The translations under genes were made by a program, and so were the position numbers. From contig NW_024704749.1 in the NCBI RefSeq assembly GCF_018977255.1, positions 10,106,001-10,170,000 on the forward strand: a stretch of 64,000 nucleotides of DNA, given 5' to 3'. Position 1 is the first letter of the stretch. Every line of letters starts with the position of its first letter. The notes beneath the pieces are model-generated. The model was not told where the DNA came from. It saw only the letters and a program-made list of their open reading frames with translations, and made no database searches. Positions 1 through 13,048 of this stretch are shown here, piece by piece. The stretch is from Callorhinchus milii (lineage: Eukaryota).

Positions 1-350
1 TACAAAGTCCCTGCCTTTCTCCGCGGGGAGCCTGACACTAGCATGGATCCTGCTCTTTGTTTTTGCCTGGTTAGAGTGATGTGGTTGGTGCTGGCTGTGG
101 TCATGTTAACCTGCTGCTACTACACGAGCTCCACTTTACTGAGAGCAAGCGCCCAGATATAAAAAAAAACTTTAAAAAAAAAGGACATATCAACATACAG
201 GTGTTAATGTGCTCTGTACAGTTATTGATGTATATTTATTGCAATTATTTATGAATGCATCTTAAAAAAAGTCATCTGTACTGTTGATCTAGTCTGCATC
301 GGTCCCTAAGGCAGTGATGTATGAATGGGAATTACATTCATATTAAAACA
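1..350 (+). other. Probable 3'UTR end of an upstream + strand gene (HECTD4 by synteny)
   Basis: AU-rich non-coding sequence with TATTTATT/TGTA motifs and ATTAAA at 342-347. In human, HECTD4 lies tail-to-tail with TRAFD1. No coding sequence is visible, so the identity is inferred from synteny only. Confidence 0.3.
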
Positions 351-1289
351 GTTGGACCAGATTCATTCTGAGGTTACTGCTCGTCTTTATTGGGGAGGGT
401 GGGGGGGGGTGGGATACATGCATGATCCCCTCAGGACAAAATACCAAGTTTCCACTTAGTTAAATAGAATTGTTGAAGGGCGACACAAACCCCATAATAA
501 TGGCAATCACCGAATCCTGATTTGATTTAACGTCCAGACACTCCCTATAAACACGCCCTGGAAAATAGTTACTGCACTTTATATCTATAAAGCACTTTGA
601 GATGATGGCTCAACAATGCGATGAGGTGCTTTCTGCCACTAAAACATACCAGAACATTGCATCACCTTTGAATGAATCTAACAGTGTCGAGAATGAATTA
701 TATTTTGCCCCATTGTTTCTTTGAAAGTAAAGCAGCGTTTGGACTGTTGAGAGTTCCTTTAATTGAGCACATTGTGCAACAGGAACAAGGGATTAATTTA
801 AACCACTTTTTGCCCCTGAATGGAAAGTACCTTTACTGCTGTGTAATCGCTGTTGATTTATAAACCATAAAGTTAAACTAGTGACACTGGGAACTTCTAG
901 ATTGTGTAAATGTTTACAGAGGGAATTACCGATCCCCTGAATTGTGTTTTCATTTTCTATTGGTCAAAACCAGAAGTGAATAAAGAGAATTCACCTGCCA
1001 TGTTTAATGGCTAATCCCGAGAATTCAGAGACCCTGTAACCCTGTGTACGTGTCAGCCCAGCAGTCAGGAGCCTCGGAGTCAGAGGTTGTGGGTTCAAGC
1101 TCCAGTTTTTAATCTATTTTTGTTGCTAACCCCATCTTGAATTTACTGCAGTTGGAATCAAGGCATCCGACAGACAATCGTCACATTATTTCTGCACATG
1201 TTGGCATCAGACTATTCAGCAAAATCCAGACCAGTCAAAATAAGGTACTTTCACAAATGAATTTACAATTACTGTATGTCTTAACCTCC

Positions 1290-1295
1290 TTTATT
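1290..1295 (-). terminator. Candidate distal polyadenylation signal of TRAFD1
   Basis: TTTATT on + (AATAAA on -), about 2.3 kb downstream of the TRAFD1 stop, in UTR-like sequence. Confidence 0.35.
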
Positions 1296-3635
1296 ACAGA
1301 TTTTGTTGATACATTTACAGTTTTAAAATTAAAGATCTCACAGGTTGATAAAATCACAATCAGTTCACTATATGCTGGTGATAACCATGATGCCACGAGA
1401 TATGTTTTTAGCTATTGAAAGGATACACTGTCCATCACCACCCTCCTGATCAGTCAGTCCACAGTATAAAAGCCTGCACTCACCCCAGCCTCTGCTGCCC
1501 TGTAGCTGAACACACTGGGCAGGAGTTTCAGCAATTTAAGATAGAAGGAAATTGAAACAAATAAGATGAAGGATGGGCTGAAGAGAGAATTTGTCATATG
1601 AAAGATGTAAATTCTGCACTGATAGATCACTATATTAAAACTAGGTTAACTACACCCTTGGCAGTTCTCTAATTACCATTGAAACCCTAAGCTATATCTC
1701 ATCTCACCTCCCATCCTCAAGAAACAGTAAAATTGTATAATTGCTACGACATCCATTCACACATTTCTGCCCCCCCTTTCCCCCCAAACACATACACATT
1801 CCCTACATTTACCTTTTAACAGACATTCCTCAAGTGGATACACATTACCACTGAAATGCTGACTATTTGGAGCTATCTTCTCCCCTCCACCCTCCCCCAC
1901 CCCCCCTTAACACTGCACCAAACTCTCCCCACAAAGTTCCTCTGCTCTCCTGTTGGAAGCGAGAGGAATGTGGAGTCAAGAATCCAAAAGAAAAGGAATG
2001 AAAATCTTGAGAATGCAAGTGAGATGGCTATTGCAAACATATACCCCGGTCACATTACCCCCATTCATATAGTCCTGGGCTTTGCTTGTAGAGGTTATCA
2101 TTCACCCAATACCTGTGTTAAGAACAGCCATAAATCATGTATAGACCAGCACCAATATACAAGTCAGTGGCTGGGAAACTTATTTCCAGATAGCAGCCAA
2201 GTGCAAAACCTCCTGATCTTGAACAGCAAAAGTCCCTTTTACCAGCTTAAAGCTGAGCCTGTGACCTGTAATGGAAACCACTGAACAGATTAAAAATTAA
2301 AGCGAAAAATACACATTATATTCTAAGATATGAGCAGACAAGCAGGAAGAGACAGCAGAATTAGGGATAAGCTTTACAGAACAGATCATAAACTCACCCA
2401 GGTCTAGCAGAAGCAGACCTAGATCAAACAAGTCCTGTACAGTTTAGCAAGCAAGTTTCTCAAGGATACTGTAGTTTGAAACGCTCCAACCGCAATGGAA
2501 AGAAAAATTATCTATTGTTGGAGGAAGTACAGATAGTTTTAAAATGTCCTAAAGCCTTTTTTCCTGGGTACACTCAGGAGCAGCAGTGGCTGAAGACTAA
2601 CGCAAGCAAAACTATCAATTACAGAACTGCTAGATTTCCCATCAAGAGACAACTTTCTACGTCTAAAAAAAAGACATCTGTTCAGTCAACTCGTAACAAA
2701 ACACCATCTCAGTCCCCGCCAAGAATGCAATGTGTGATCAGGAGACATTAAAAGGATGAGTAGTTTTAACAGGAGTTACTGCAACAGTAAGTCAAAAGGG
2801 AGACTTTCTAAACAGAAGAAAAAGGACAAATGATATTTATATTCAACATTGAAAGGAAGTTGTACAAAAAACATGCATGTGCTGTACCCAACAGCAGCCA
2901 ACACTGTCTACGCCACAAAGTGAATATTGGTTACGCAAACAAATTTGCTATTTTTCCGAAAAGGAAATCATGCGTTTCTCAGTAAGACTTATTGAGCCAG
3001 GAGTCGCAAGGAGGTTCAGGAAAGAAGCTATAGACAGATTTGGTCCAGATTCTCCCTCCCTTTACTCGAATATTCTGCTCCCCTTTCCCAAATGGATGAC
3101 TCACCCTCTCACAAAGCCATCCTGAGATTTGCTCTCGTCTCTGATTTTGAGAATCACTTAAACCACTTCTCCGAGCACCTTTACTAGTCCTTACCCCCAA
3201 CCCCCAGCACACACACAGTTCTAGGCATAGTCATTTTCATCCGAGTGCAAATTGGACTTGATTAATTTCCAAACTGTTACTGGAATTAAATCATTGACCT
3301 GTATTTGACGCCCACCATCCCCGCCCCGGAGCTCAGTACAACTGTAAAATCAAGTGCTTTGAAGAAGTGGGCAGAAAAATTTCATCTTTTTAATGACTCA
3401 TGTGGCAAGGCGACGAGAGAATTCGACAGACATGCAAACTTCTGTTATACATTTCCTTTTCACTTCAAAATGAGTTTTTTTTTTAAAAAAAAGAAACACA
3501 GACACTATCACCATGTACACCACACTCAGACAGACATTTTCTTTGCATAGAAAAAATGAACGTCCTGAGTTTTAGCGCTAAATATAATTTAGGAGTTGGA
3601 CATCAATGCCAATAGCCGAGTGCAGCCTCGCTCCG

Positions 3636-3686
3636 TCACTCTTCCTCCTTCCCGTCGTTCTCTGGCCTGGGTTTGGGGAGACCTGG
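3636..3686 (-). CDS. TRAFD1: TRAFD1 terminal coding exon
   Basis: ttacag|PGLPKPRPENDGKEEE*; Glu-rich end as in mammalian TRAFD1. Confidence 0.75.
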   Translation of the reverse strand, partial: PGLPKPRPENDGKEEE

Positions 3687-6600
3687 CTGTAATGAACAAT
3701 TGAAGCATTTAATCACACCTCTAACTTTCAGTAGTCTCGAGTTTCACACTGTTACCAGTCCTCTCCATTACATGGCAGCGTAAGCTGTGGGAACTGTGCC
3801 CTTGGCAGCAGGTACCGCTCGCCACTGAACAGCTGGACATGCAAAAATTATGTAATCTGCTTAGAATCACGAGCTTCCAACCAGTCAACTCGCCTTTTGT
3901 TTTATTAAAAAGGGGTTGAGCAGCTCTCCAAGTGCTGAGTTACAGTCCAGAAAGGGCTCAAGTTTGATACTTGGCTCCATGCTGATCTCTCAGCATGCTC
4001 AGATTGAGTTGGGACAGAAGCAAAGAGTATTTTACCCAGTTACGTCAAGTAAAGATCCAGTTTCACTTTGTTTGTACCTTTATCCCTGGGATTCTGTTCC
4101 TGGAAGTGCTGGAAAGTGTGTTCCTGGAAGCGCTGGGAAGTACGTTCCTGGTGATTCGAGATCCATCTGTTCTTGCACTAAAAAGCATAAGCTTATTAAG
4201 TCACCATTACAAACAACAGCAAACATTTGTAGTGGAATAATTGTCCCACTTGCAATCATTGAACAAGGCTGTTTGTAGATAAATTAGGCAATTGTGTGGC
4301 TTTTACCTGGGGTTTGCAAACAACCCATGGAGAGACCAATACTGAAACCAGTCTCTCAGATTACAGACATTGGGTCTGATTTGCAAATTTCTTGATAGAT
4401 TCCTTAATAAGCAATCTGAATCATTCCTATGGGGAATTCTTCCAGCGACAGGAAGTAATTTAAGTTGACACACAGGAACGCTGCTCCAAAAATAGATCCC
4501 ATTGGCAGAGTTCCGTGAGTTGACGGAAATTCTAATGGTGTATTGAATCCAGTTAAGAAAGAAAAATTAGAAGACAATTTTCTGTACATGAGGGAAAAGG
4601 GAATAGAGGAATAAAGGTGAGAGGAAAAGGAGGGCTGGAGACTCATGAGTATAAACATCAGTATGGAATAGTTAGACAAATGGCTTGTTTCCATGTTGTA
4701 ATGTTATGTGGAATCATTACCATACTGAACTCTAGACGTTTGGATAATAACAGTAACTTTTCCAGATTAAAAATCAGATGTAATGGAGTTGCAAACAAAT
4801 ATAGAAGCCCCACACGGGCTGTAAAAAGGAACACTGCTGCGTGCAACTTGGCTGTCGCATTTGCCCATAAAAACACACAGCAATGCTAATTTACAGTATA
4901 TCCTGTTTTGGTACATCCTCTTGATTTGAAAAGCTCTATACCAAATATAAAGATTGCTATTATTTCTGGGTACATACATTTGTTTTGTCTCACACCCACA
5001 CAGGGGTTTGTGCTATTTCTGAGCTGAAACTAGTTTGTATTGTGCCTGGTGGGTACCGCGTACAGAATGCTGATTTGACTAATTACTTTCAGGAGGAGGC
5101 AGCTGTGTTTAGAAACGGTGGTTATATTTGGATCATTTCACCTGGGAAGAAATAGCAAAACCCAAACAACACTGCCTAATAGGCAAGAGGTGGCACAAGA
5201 GGGAGGAGCGGAAAGGAACGTAAAAGCACAGCAACATTGTCACTGGAAGCACTCAGAATCCTATTTTAAAACCCACATCAGAAATGTTTTGTTATTAGTA
5301 GCTGCAGGTTATTTATGTGAGGGCAACAGAACCAAGCCTGATCTTACTGATGGGCAAGCCTTTAGCCATCTGCCCCCCCTCTCTGGATCTCAATCCCAGA
5401 GTCCCTCCGCCTTGCCACACCTTCAAACCTGTCTTAAGACCAACCACATGTTCATCCACCTTCCCCAGCCCCACCCCAGGTTTCCAGGCAGTGCTTTGAG
5501 ATGTCCACTTGCTGTGAAAGGTACTAAGTATTGATATGGTAGATTTTTGTATAATATATTGGTTCTCATGTCCAACAAACCATCACCTTGATCTGGCAGG
5601 ATATACATGTGGAAAACTGGGTTTGTATCCGTCCGGAAATAGATCTCCAATGGGATGTGTGGACCCCACTGATGGCTCCAGTGGTTTCCTGGCCCGTCGC
5701 CTCAGCTCTGACGCCTCTCTGTTGGGGATCTTGGCTATTCTGGTAGCTGGGAGGAAGCTGTCCTCTGTTAATGATTTCAGGGCCCCCATTGGAGGTCTAA
5801 AAGCTGCCGGAGAGGTTCCTGCTTTTACCCTGAACGGTCGAATCACTGAACGTGGCTGGATGTCATCCATTCGAGACAAGTAGCTCAATCCTACATCTCC
5901 TGTGGGCACAGAACACAGTAAATTGCTTTGTACAAACATTCAGAGCATACCCACAAATCAGTGGTAAACACACAGAAACCTTTCCCTCTTGAAACTTTTT
6001 ACTCAAGAGAGTCGTTACATTTTTTTACCCAGAGTTGTTGGGGTCTGGGCAAGGCGGAGGGATTGAGGGACAGTGTTCCAAATTGTTCCCACATAAACTC
6101 ATGGTATTAGGAGAAATAGGAACAGCTTATTGTTACCCAAACCCAAATATGAAGGGGTCTGCAAGCATGAGGGCGGAGTGTTGGAGGACATTGCTCATGC
6201 TGTTGTGTAGCTTTACAGGACAAGTCAATGTCTCCCAACAACAAGATTACATTTGTACAGCGCCTTTCACGTTGGGAGGACATCCCAAGGCGCTGGACAG
6301 AGAACAGCATTTCAGACCCAAGCTGGGGTTGGGAGGGGAGGGGAAGTGACCAATGGCATGGTCAAAGAGGAGGGTCTTGAGGAGGGACTTGAAGGAGGCT
6401 AAGGAGTGGGCGAGGCGGAGTGACTGGGGGATGGAATTCCAGAGGTTGGGGGCAGAGTGGCTGAAGGCTCTCCCGCCAATGGTGGGGCGGGTGAGTTGGG
6501 GGACGTGGAGCAGCCAGAGACGGCTGAGCGGAGGGAACTGGCGGGTTGGTAGGGGGTTAGGTCGCAGAGGTAGGGTGGGGCGAGGCCATGGAGGGCTTTG

Positions 6601-9600
6601 TATGTGAGGACCAGGATCTTGAACTGGATCCTCTGAAGGATAGGGAGCCAGTGGAGTTGGGCGAGATGGGGTCACGAAGTTTGGTGCGGGAGAGGATATG
6701 GGCTGCAGAGTTCTGGATTATCTGCAGCCTGTGGAGGAAGGAGTTGGGAAGGCTGACAAGCAGGGCATTTGCATAGTCGAGCCTGGAGGTAATGAAGGCA
6801 TGAACAAGAGTTTCAGCCGCCTGAGGGGTGAGGTAGTGGTGGAGTCGAGCAATGTTACGGAGGTGAAGGAAGGCAGAGCGGGTCATGGCTTGAATGTGGG
6901 AGAAAAGACAGTTGAGGGTCGAACAAGACACCGAGGTTCCTGACTGACTGGTGAGTTGACGTGTGCAACTATGGAGGTTGGTGCTGCCAGAGCCTGAGGT
7001 GCAGAGGCACTGGCGCGAGCCAATCAGGAGCCTCAGTCTTGTTCACATTCAACTGTAGGAAATTTGCCCTCATCCAGGACTTGATATCCGACAGACGGTC
7101 TGTCAGGACAGCAGTGGTCCTGGAGTTGAGGGTGGAGGCAGAAAGATAAGAGTTGGGTGTCATCCGCATACAGGAGAGGAAAGGTGAAAACTGGGATGGC
7201 AATGATGAGCAGCTCACCATCTTCACCACTGCAACAACCTATCCCTCACAGTAAATCACAGCTATGATAACCAGTCCTTAATCAGTATTAATGTTTGTTG
7301 ATTACACAGTAGGATACAATACACAGTTGGCTTTTACTCTGTGCACCAGTCAGCAACCATCTGTATTTACCCTGGTGTCTCGATCGTCGAATGGGCACTT
7401 CAGGAAGCTCTCTTTTCTCAGCTTTGGGGGCTAAGAGCGCTTGGTTGGGGTTCTGATCCGTTGACCTTGCGGTCAGTGGTCTCAAATCACACTGGTCCTA
7501 ACAACAGAGAAAACGGGGTCAGGAATGTTGTCCAAAGCAAGCTGAGTCCCTCTGAACAATAAGTGACCTGTGGCAGCACCCAAATTCTTTCCACCAAATA
7601 TCCAAATTAGAGGTAAATCAGACAACGTGATCATGAAGAAAATCAGGTGCACACAACAACAACAGGATTACATTTCTATGGTGCCTTTCACGTCGGAAGG
7701 ACCCGCAGACTTCATTTGGAAGCCCACTGTCCAATAGTAACCCGATAAAAGCTTGTGATCAAACCATCCCTTGTGGACTCTGAAGGGTCAATTGCCCGAG
7801 ACCACAGAGAGCAGCAGCGCCTGGGCCACAAACTGGTTTGGGAATTACATAGGATTCTCGTTACCTGGTGATGGTACAGGACATCTTCTTCCAGGGGAAT
7901 GCCACAGAACTCGCAGGGAATCATGACGTCCCCATCTCCCAAGTTCACAATCTGCCCACACGGTGGCACCGGGTAGTCTTGAGGGAAGCATTCAGGCTCC
8001 ACGGTCTGGCGATTGGAGAAAATGTCACTCCTTCTGGGAAGTGAGATTGGTGGGGAAGGCGTGGCAGTCTTACTGAATGATACCAAGGCACTCAGTGGGT
8101 TACAGCCTGTCTGTTAGAAACAGAGAATTAGTCAATTCCAACAAGGGACGTTCAGTGAGAGGACTTTCAATACTGAGGACTCCCACTGCAAACAGATCTA
8201 TTTAGACAACATTTTCCTTCCATGAAGAACACACATGTTGGGGTGCTGGTTCACTGCCTTTAGATTCAGTAAAGCACAGCACTGCTTATCCACGCACTTG
8301 CTTAAACACATTGCACTCTGATCGTGAAATGGAATTCCCGAAATTACAGTCTCCGGAGTTTGTGTTGAGAGTCACAAACCATGTGCACAGTCTGGGCACC
8401 CCCCACACTTAACCGAGGATCTACCTTTTAGGGAATCAAGGCACTGATTAAACCAGAAAAGTACCTGGTGAAGAATGAGCTCTTCTTCAGGGAAAAGGTC
8501 TTCACAGAACTCGCAAGGCAACATCGTGGCATCATCTGAAGAGGAAGGTTTTGTTACCAAAGAGAAATGCACATTGCTTCTGAGAAGCACATAGAGAACT
8601 CACTCACCCCCATCCTCACTTCACTATCTCCATTTGAATCTAGACCAGATTTACAGGGTAACAAGTCTCCTCTCCGCGGCTGTTTGTGGGACATTACTGT
8701 TCGCAATTGTGCTGCTGGGTCTGCCTATAAATATACAGTCACTCGATTTCACAGTATATCCTGTGAAGCACTTTGAGACGTCCTTCCGATATAAGGCGTT
8801 CTTACCAAATGCAGGGAATATTAAATGCAAGGTGTTTAACTGCAGTTAAGAAACAGTTAAGCAGTGGCCAGACAACACATAAAATGACTAACTTGTTTTC
8901 TCCTCTTGGACGTTTGCAGTTGGAGGGAAAACATGAGACGCTGAATGGCTTTCGAACCAGCCCTTGACGTCCTGTAGTTGTGTAGGGTACACACAGTCCG
9001 GCTGAAGGTCCTCCCAGTGCGGCCAATCTCCTTCTCCGCCTCCACCGTGCTCATTCTGCAGACTCAGGGCGAGCAGGTAATCCAGGTTAGAGTTGGCGTC
9101 CATATGGTCTGGACCAGCAGGGTCTGCCATCCGGGTCCTCTCAGTCCTCACCATGCTGGCTGTGTGCAGAGCACAAAAAATTAAACTCAGGGTAAAGGCA
9201 ACTGAATGCTTTTTATTGGGGTCTGCGTGTCAGGGCCCTTCCTCAGTGAGAGCAAGGCTAGGAGGTGATGGGTGATCTGATCAAAGTCCTCCGTTTATTA
9301 TTGTTCTGTAACTTGGGCCAGGAAGACTAAGGGAGCATCTCAGGTTCATTCACACTTTCTTCAGCCTCATCAACATTCCTCACCTTCCATATTCCTCTCT
9401 GAAGGGGAAGATGCCATACTGCTCCATGCACACTCAGCACCTCAAGCTGTGGCTATACCACTTGACTGCTATGTTTAAACAAGCAATAAATGGGATCTAA
9501 CGTAGCTCAAGTCAGTAGATGAGCAATTGAAGTACCCAAGTTCATCCCCCAAGTTGTCCAAAAGTCAAGCTTCTCTCCTAGCCCAGCTCTGATGCACCTT

Positions 9601-12600
9601 CCTGTGGTAGGAGGCTGAAAGCAGATTGCTTGACTACTCGCTGAGCATGGAATAGCGTAGAGCAATAATGCCAATAATTCTCAGTTTAATTACCATGAAA
9701 TAAGAAGGGCATCTCTCCCAGTTTCCTGGCCAATAATCCCTCAAATAAAATTGGTCATTAACTTCTGTTTAACCCGTGACCCAGTGAGGTGAACTTTGCA
9801 TTTGACCAATTACATTTCCAGCCCACCCTCAATCAAAAGCAACAATCTCATTTCAACCATACAAAGTTAGTTACCTTGATTCGGATCTCTAACTCTTGGT
9901 AGTACATTCCTTCTCATGAAAATCCCCGTCTCCCTGTTCCCATGAAATTTGGTTTCCAGGGGTCTGGAGAGTCTCGGCCATGATCGAATGTAGTTTTCCT
10001 CAGTTCTCAGGAGGCTTCTGTACGGCTGGTTTTCAAACCAGGTCCCCAGGTTGTCTTCAAAGTGGTAATCTGGCCTCGGCCGGACTTGGTTGTTGTTTCT
10101 CTCCTCTTGGCCGCACGTGATGGGGTGCGCGTTGAGATCTTTGATCATGACATTACGTCCGCAAGTTGTACAGGGCTCGGTCCTTGATCCGCAGTAATCG
10201 TCATGCTCTTCAGACTTGTTGAACGCAAGTTCCAGCTCACAGTACTGGCATTTAATCAGTCGTAGAGGGCATTCTGTACTCTACAAATAAAGCATTCAAT
10301 ATTTAGGCAATACATTGCTACCCCCATTTTCTCCCCTCCGCCTCTCCCGATGGCATAGTACAGCTCCAGAGGGAATTCTAAACTGTAGGCTATGTGGCCT
10401 AGTTCTGAACCAGTGCACCCCAAACTTATTCCTCATGTTTAGATATCTCCAAACCCCAAATACAAACCCAAGCTCTCGTTATCCTGACTCTGTTAAATTT
10501 CTCATATATCCCTGTCATCTACAGCCATTGCACTCCTACCTCTCTTCCCCCTTTCAAACATCCTTCTGTCTCTAAATTCTTCCCACTACTTGCTTGGTAT
10601 CACCACACCCACTGCTAAGCGCTTGGTGATGTTCTCTCGACAAAGGGCGTTATATTGGGGAGGAATTAGAAAGGGGTACATACTCACCATGTGTTTCTCC
10701 AATAGATTTTTCTCTACTTTCATACTGCACTTACAATCAACCTGCAATACACAATATATGATTTGTAGTTTAGACTGAATATTGCACTGAATGTTATACT
10801 ACTTTGCTTCAACAAAGTGACTAATTCAGCAAGAGGAAGGTATCTTGTGATATAAATAGAGCTTTAGGCACATTGCCCAGTTACGTTGAGACAATTGTAT
10901 TTATTTCTGTAGCTACCTGGGGAACAGCAACATTTTTACTATGAAGCATATTGTTAAAATACCTAAAATACCACACAATGTGCCATTGGACGCTAAGATT
11001 TTTGAATCACAGAGAAACAGGAAAAAAATGTACAATAACCATACGCTTCCAGGAGTTAATAGGTAGTTCAGTTTGTCCAAAAACAAGTCATGTCTTTCTC
11101 CTGGGGAATAATCAAAATCAAAGATCATTGAAATAACTAACTGGTTGGGCAAGGTTACACGAACATGACTAATTTGGTGGAGGAACAAGGAGACATTTGT
11201 GCAGTGGTTTTAAACCCACATCACCAGGACACAACACACTCTGGGACTGTTATACTCGGGAAGAAATTCTGGGTGGCTAGAAGAATGCAATTCATTTTAA
11301 AGCCATCAAAAATGTTCATTTTTCTTTCTAAATACTTACAGATTACAGAGGCAAGGTTATTACACATTTATATTCTGTCCCAAACTGTACATTTAGTCAT
11401 TTCCAAGACATTAATGCTTCTTTAAGCCTGATCCTGGCACTCACCCAAGTGAAAGAGCATATTTTTCTGGTGCTTATTTAGGTCAGCTTTCACAGTGCAA
11501 CATCTCTTCACACTCTTGACAAGATGGCCTTCACACAGAGGACTAAGCATAGTGCAGAGTTAAATGTAAAGAACTAATCTGAGGTTCCCTACTGAGAATT
11601 CTACAAATGACATGAGACAAATGGTTAAGTACCCTGGGATTCAACCCCAGTGGTCTTACCAGTGCATGCTCCATTTCAAAGTGCTCCTCCATCTCGGATT
11701 TGGGGAACGGTTCATGGCAGTACCCGCAGAGATCGATGTTCCTTTGGCAGTGAATTTCGTGGATGGTGAAATTTGTCGCAGGAATGTCTCGCTTACTGAA
11801 AGCAGAAGAACATAGATACACAGAACTGACTGACTGAGAAGACTGCCCACTGTTCATGCCACAAAGTAACCCACAACAAAACCTGCCCAAAGAGGAAAAC
11901 AATGCAATCAGTAGCCTCTTACAAACCACAGGCAGTCCCCAATGTGCATTATTTCCCAATGTATGATAGAACAAAGCAATTAACGAGTGGATTTCTCTAC
12001 GGTTTAGTAGATAAAGGCACAATGTAATATGCCATACAAACCACAAACCTGAAGGACCAAATCCTAATCCAGGAAAATTAGCTGATCTTATTGGCAGACT
12101 TAACAATGGCATTAGGAAAGGAGAGGAAATTAGTCAGGGTTCCTACTCTAGATCAGTACCAGTGAGCCACACTGGAAAAAGAATGTATGTTGACATCAAA
12201 TAAAGATCAATCAGGTTCTACCTATGGCTGTCAAAATGTAAGTTTCATGGCTTACTGGGCAACCCCACTACAATGGGCCCATAACACTGGTGCCCTTGTG
12301 TCACATCAGGACTTTGACTGTAATAGTCTAGGATGCCATGAAAGTGGGAGGGGATGGGGGGTGGGGGTAAGGGGAGTGCTATATTGTCAAAAGGAGCTGT
12401 CCTTTGAATGAGACATTAAACCAAGGTCCCATCTGGTGTGCTACAGTGTAGTGGAGTAGAGACCTGTAGCTGTAACAAACACCCTTTGAATAATTGAAAC
12501 ACTATTTGAACATAAACGTTTTTCTCAGCGTCAGGCAAACGATCCTCCAGATATATTGGTCATTCACCTTATATAATCATAGAATTATACAGCACAGAAG

Positions 12601-13048
12601 GCCACATGGCCCTTCGTGTCTGTGCCGACTCTTTTAAAAGAGTTATCCAAATCAATCCCACTCCCCCGCTTTCTCCCCATAGCCCTTATGGGATCTTACC
12701 AGCACAAATAGCTGTCAATGTGCCTAAAAAAATCAGCCACTACATTTTGAGAGGTTTCAATTTTTTTTCACGTTTCAATGTATAAGACATGATTAAATGC
12801 AAGTTCTTTCTTCTCTTTATCAGATTGGTATCCAAGCGCCCATCCCTTGCTGGCAGCGATGATTCAGAGATTTGATCTGTGCCTCCCTCCTCCTGTCAGC
12901 ATGACTCACACATAAGCTTCCCCAAGCCGCCAGACAACTTCACGCAACTGAAACCAAATGCCTAGAGGCAGAACTTGAGTAGTATATCTACATCAGTCTC
13001 TTACCAGTTGGTGCAAAGCCGTGTATCCTCAGCCTGGCTTTCAGACAT
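3636..13048 (-). CDS. TRAFD1: TRAF-type zinc finger domain-containing protein 1 (FLN29), full spliced CDS, 11 coding exons, about 604 aa
   Basis: join(-): 13048-13005, 11795-11660, 10741-10688, 10280-9875, 9159-8893, 8535-8465, 8110-7865, 7497-7371, 5899-5587, 4177-4078, 3686-3636 = 1815 nt. All junctions are GT-AG and phase-consistent. Translation includes MSESQAEDTRLCTNCKRDIPATNFTIHEIHCQRNI..., LDYLLALSLQNE, two PCEFC fingers and an acidic C-terminus (KEEE*). Confidence 0.93.
4078..4177 (-). CDS. TRAFD1: TRAFD1 coding exon 10
   Basis: ARTDGSRITRNVLPSASRNTLSSTSRNRIPGIK; phase 2 in, phase 0 out. Confidence 0.75.
5587..5899 (-). CDS. TRAFD1: TRAFD1 coding exon 9
   Basis: GDVGLSYLSRMDD...FPDGYKPSFP; phase 1 in, phase 2 out. 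Confidence 0.8.
6236..7200 (-). mobile_element. L2-clade LINE 3' fragment (degenerate ORF2 C-terminus plus 3' tail)
   Basis: Frameshifted peptides LSDIKSWMRANFLQLNVNKTE, FLHLRNIARLHHYLTPQAAETLVHAFITSRLDYANALL and GGRAFSHSAPNLWNSIP; tail GTGAAAGGCGCTGTACAAATGTAATCTTGTTGTTG. Confidence 0.88.
7371..7497 (-). CDS. TRAFD1: TRAFD1 coding exon 8
   Basis: DQCDLRPLTA...RRSRHQ(G). Confidence 0.88.
7865..8110 (-). CDS. TRAFD1: TRAFD1 coding exon 7
   Basis: TGCNPLSAL...MIPCEFCGIPLEEDVLYHHQ. Confidence 0.92.
8465..8535 (-). CDS. TRAFD1: TRAFD1 coding exon 6
   Basis: DATMLPCEFCEDLFPEEELILHQ. Confidence 0.92.
8675..8822 (+). mobile_element. SINE 3' fragment
   Basis: GCTGTTTGTGGGACATT...GTGAAGCACTTTGAGACGTC, matching the local SINE 3' half. 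Confidence 0.7.
8893..9159 (-). CDS. TRAFD1: TRAFD1 coding exon 5
   Basis: Contains NLDYLLALSLQNE; phase 1 in and out. Confidence 0.85.
9875..10280 (-). CDS. TRAFD1: TRAFD1 coding exon 4
   Basis: STECPLRLIKCQYCELEL...HDDYCGSRTEPCTTCGRNVMIKDLNAHPITCG... Confidence 0.92.
10688..10741 (-). CDS. TRAFD1: TRAFD1 coding exon 3
   Basis: VDCKCSMKVEKNLLEKHM; cag/gtgagt. Confidence 0.92.
11660..11795 (-). CDS. TRAFD1: TRAFD1 coding exon 2
   Basis: KRDIPATNFTIHEIHCQRNIDLCGYCHEPFPKSEMEEHFEMEHAL. Confidence 0.95.
13005..13048 (-). CDS. TRAFD1: TRAFD1 coding exon 1 (exon extends to acceptor at 13067)
   Basis: MSESQAEDTRLCTN(C); donor gtaag. Confidence 0.9.

Noticed and set aside
4096-4151. Short direct repeats that could suggest a CRISPR-like array
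   Set aside because: No spacers, eukaryotic context, and located within a TRAFD1 exon
4490-4530. Short imperfect hairpin CCATTGGCAGAGTTCCGT...ACGGAAATTCTAATGG
   Set aside because: Too short and mismatched to distinguish from chance
6247-7229. ORFs resembling a reverse transcriptase gene
   Set aside because: Fragmented across frames and 5'-truncated: a dead L2 copy, not a host gene
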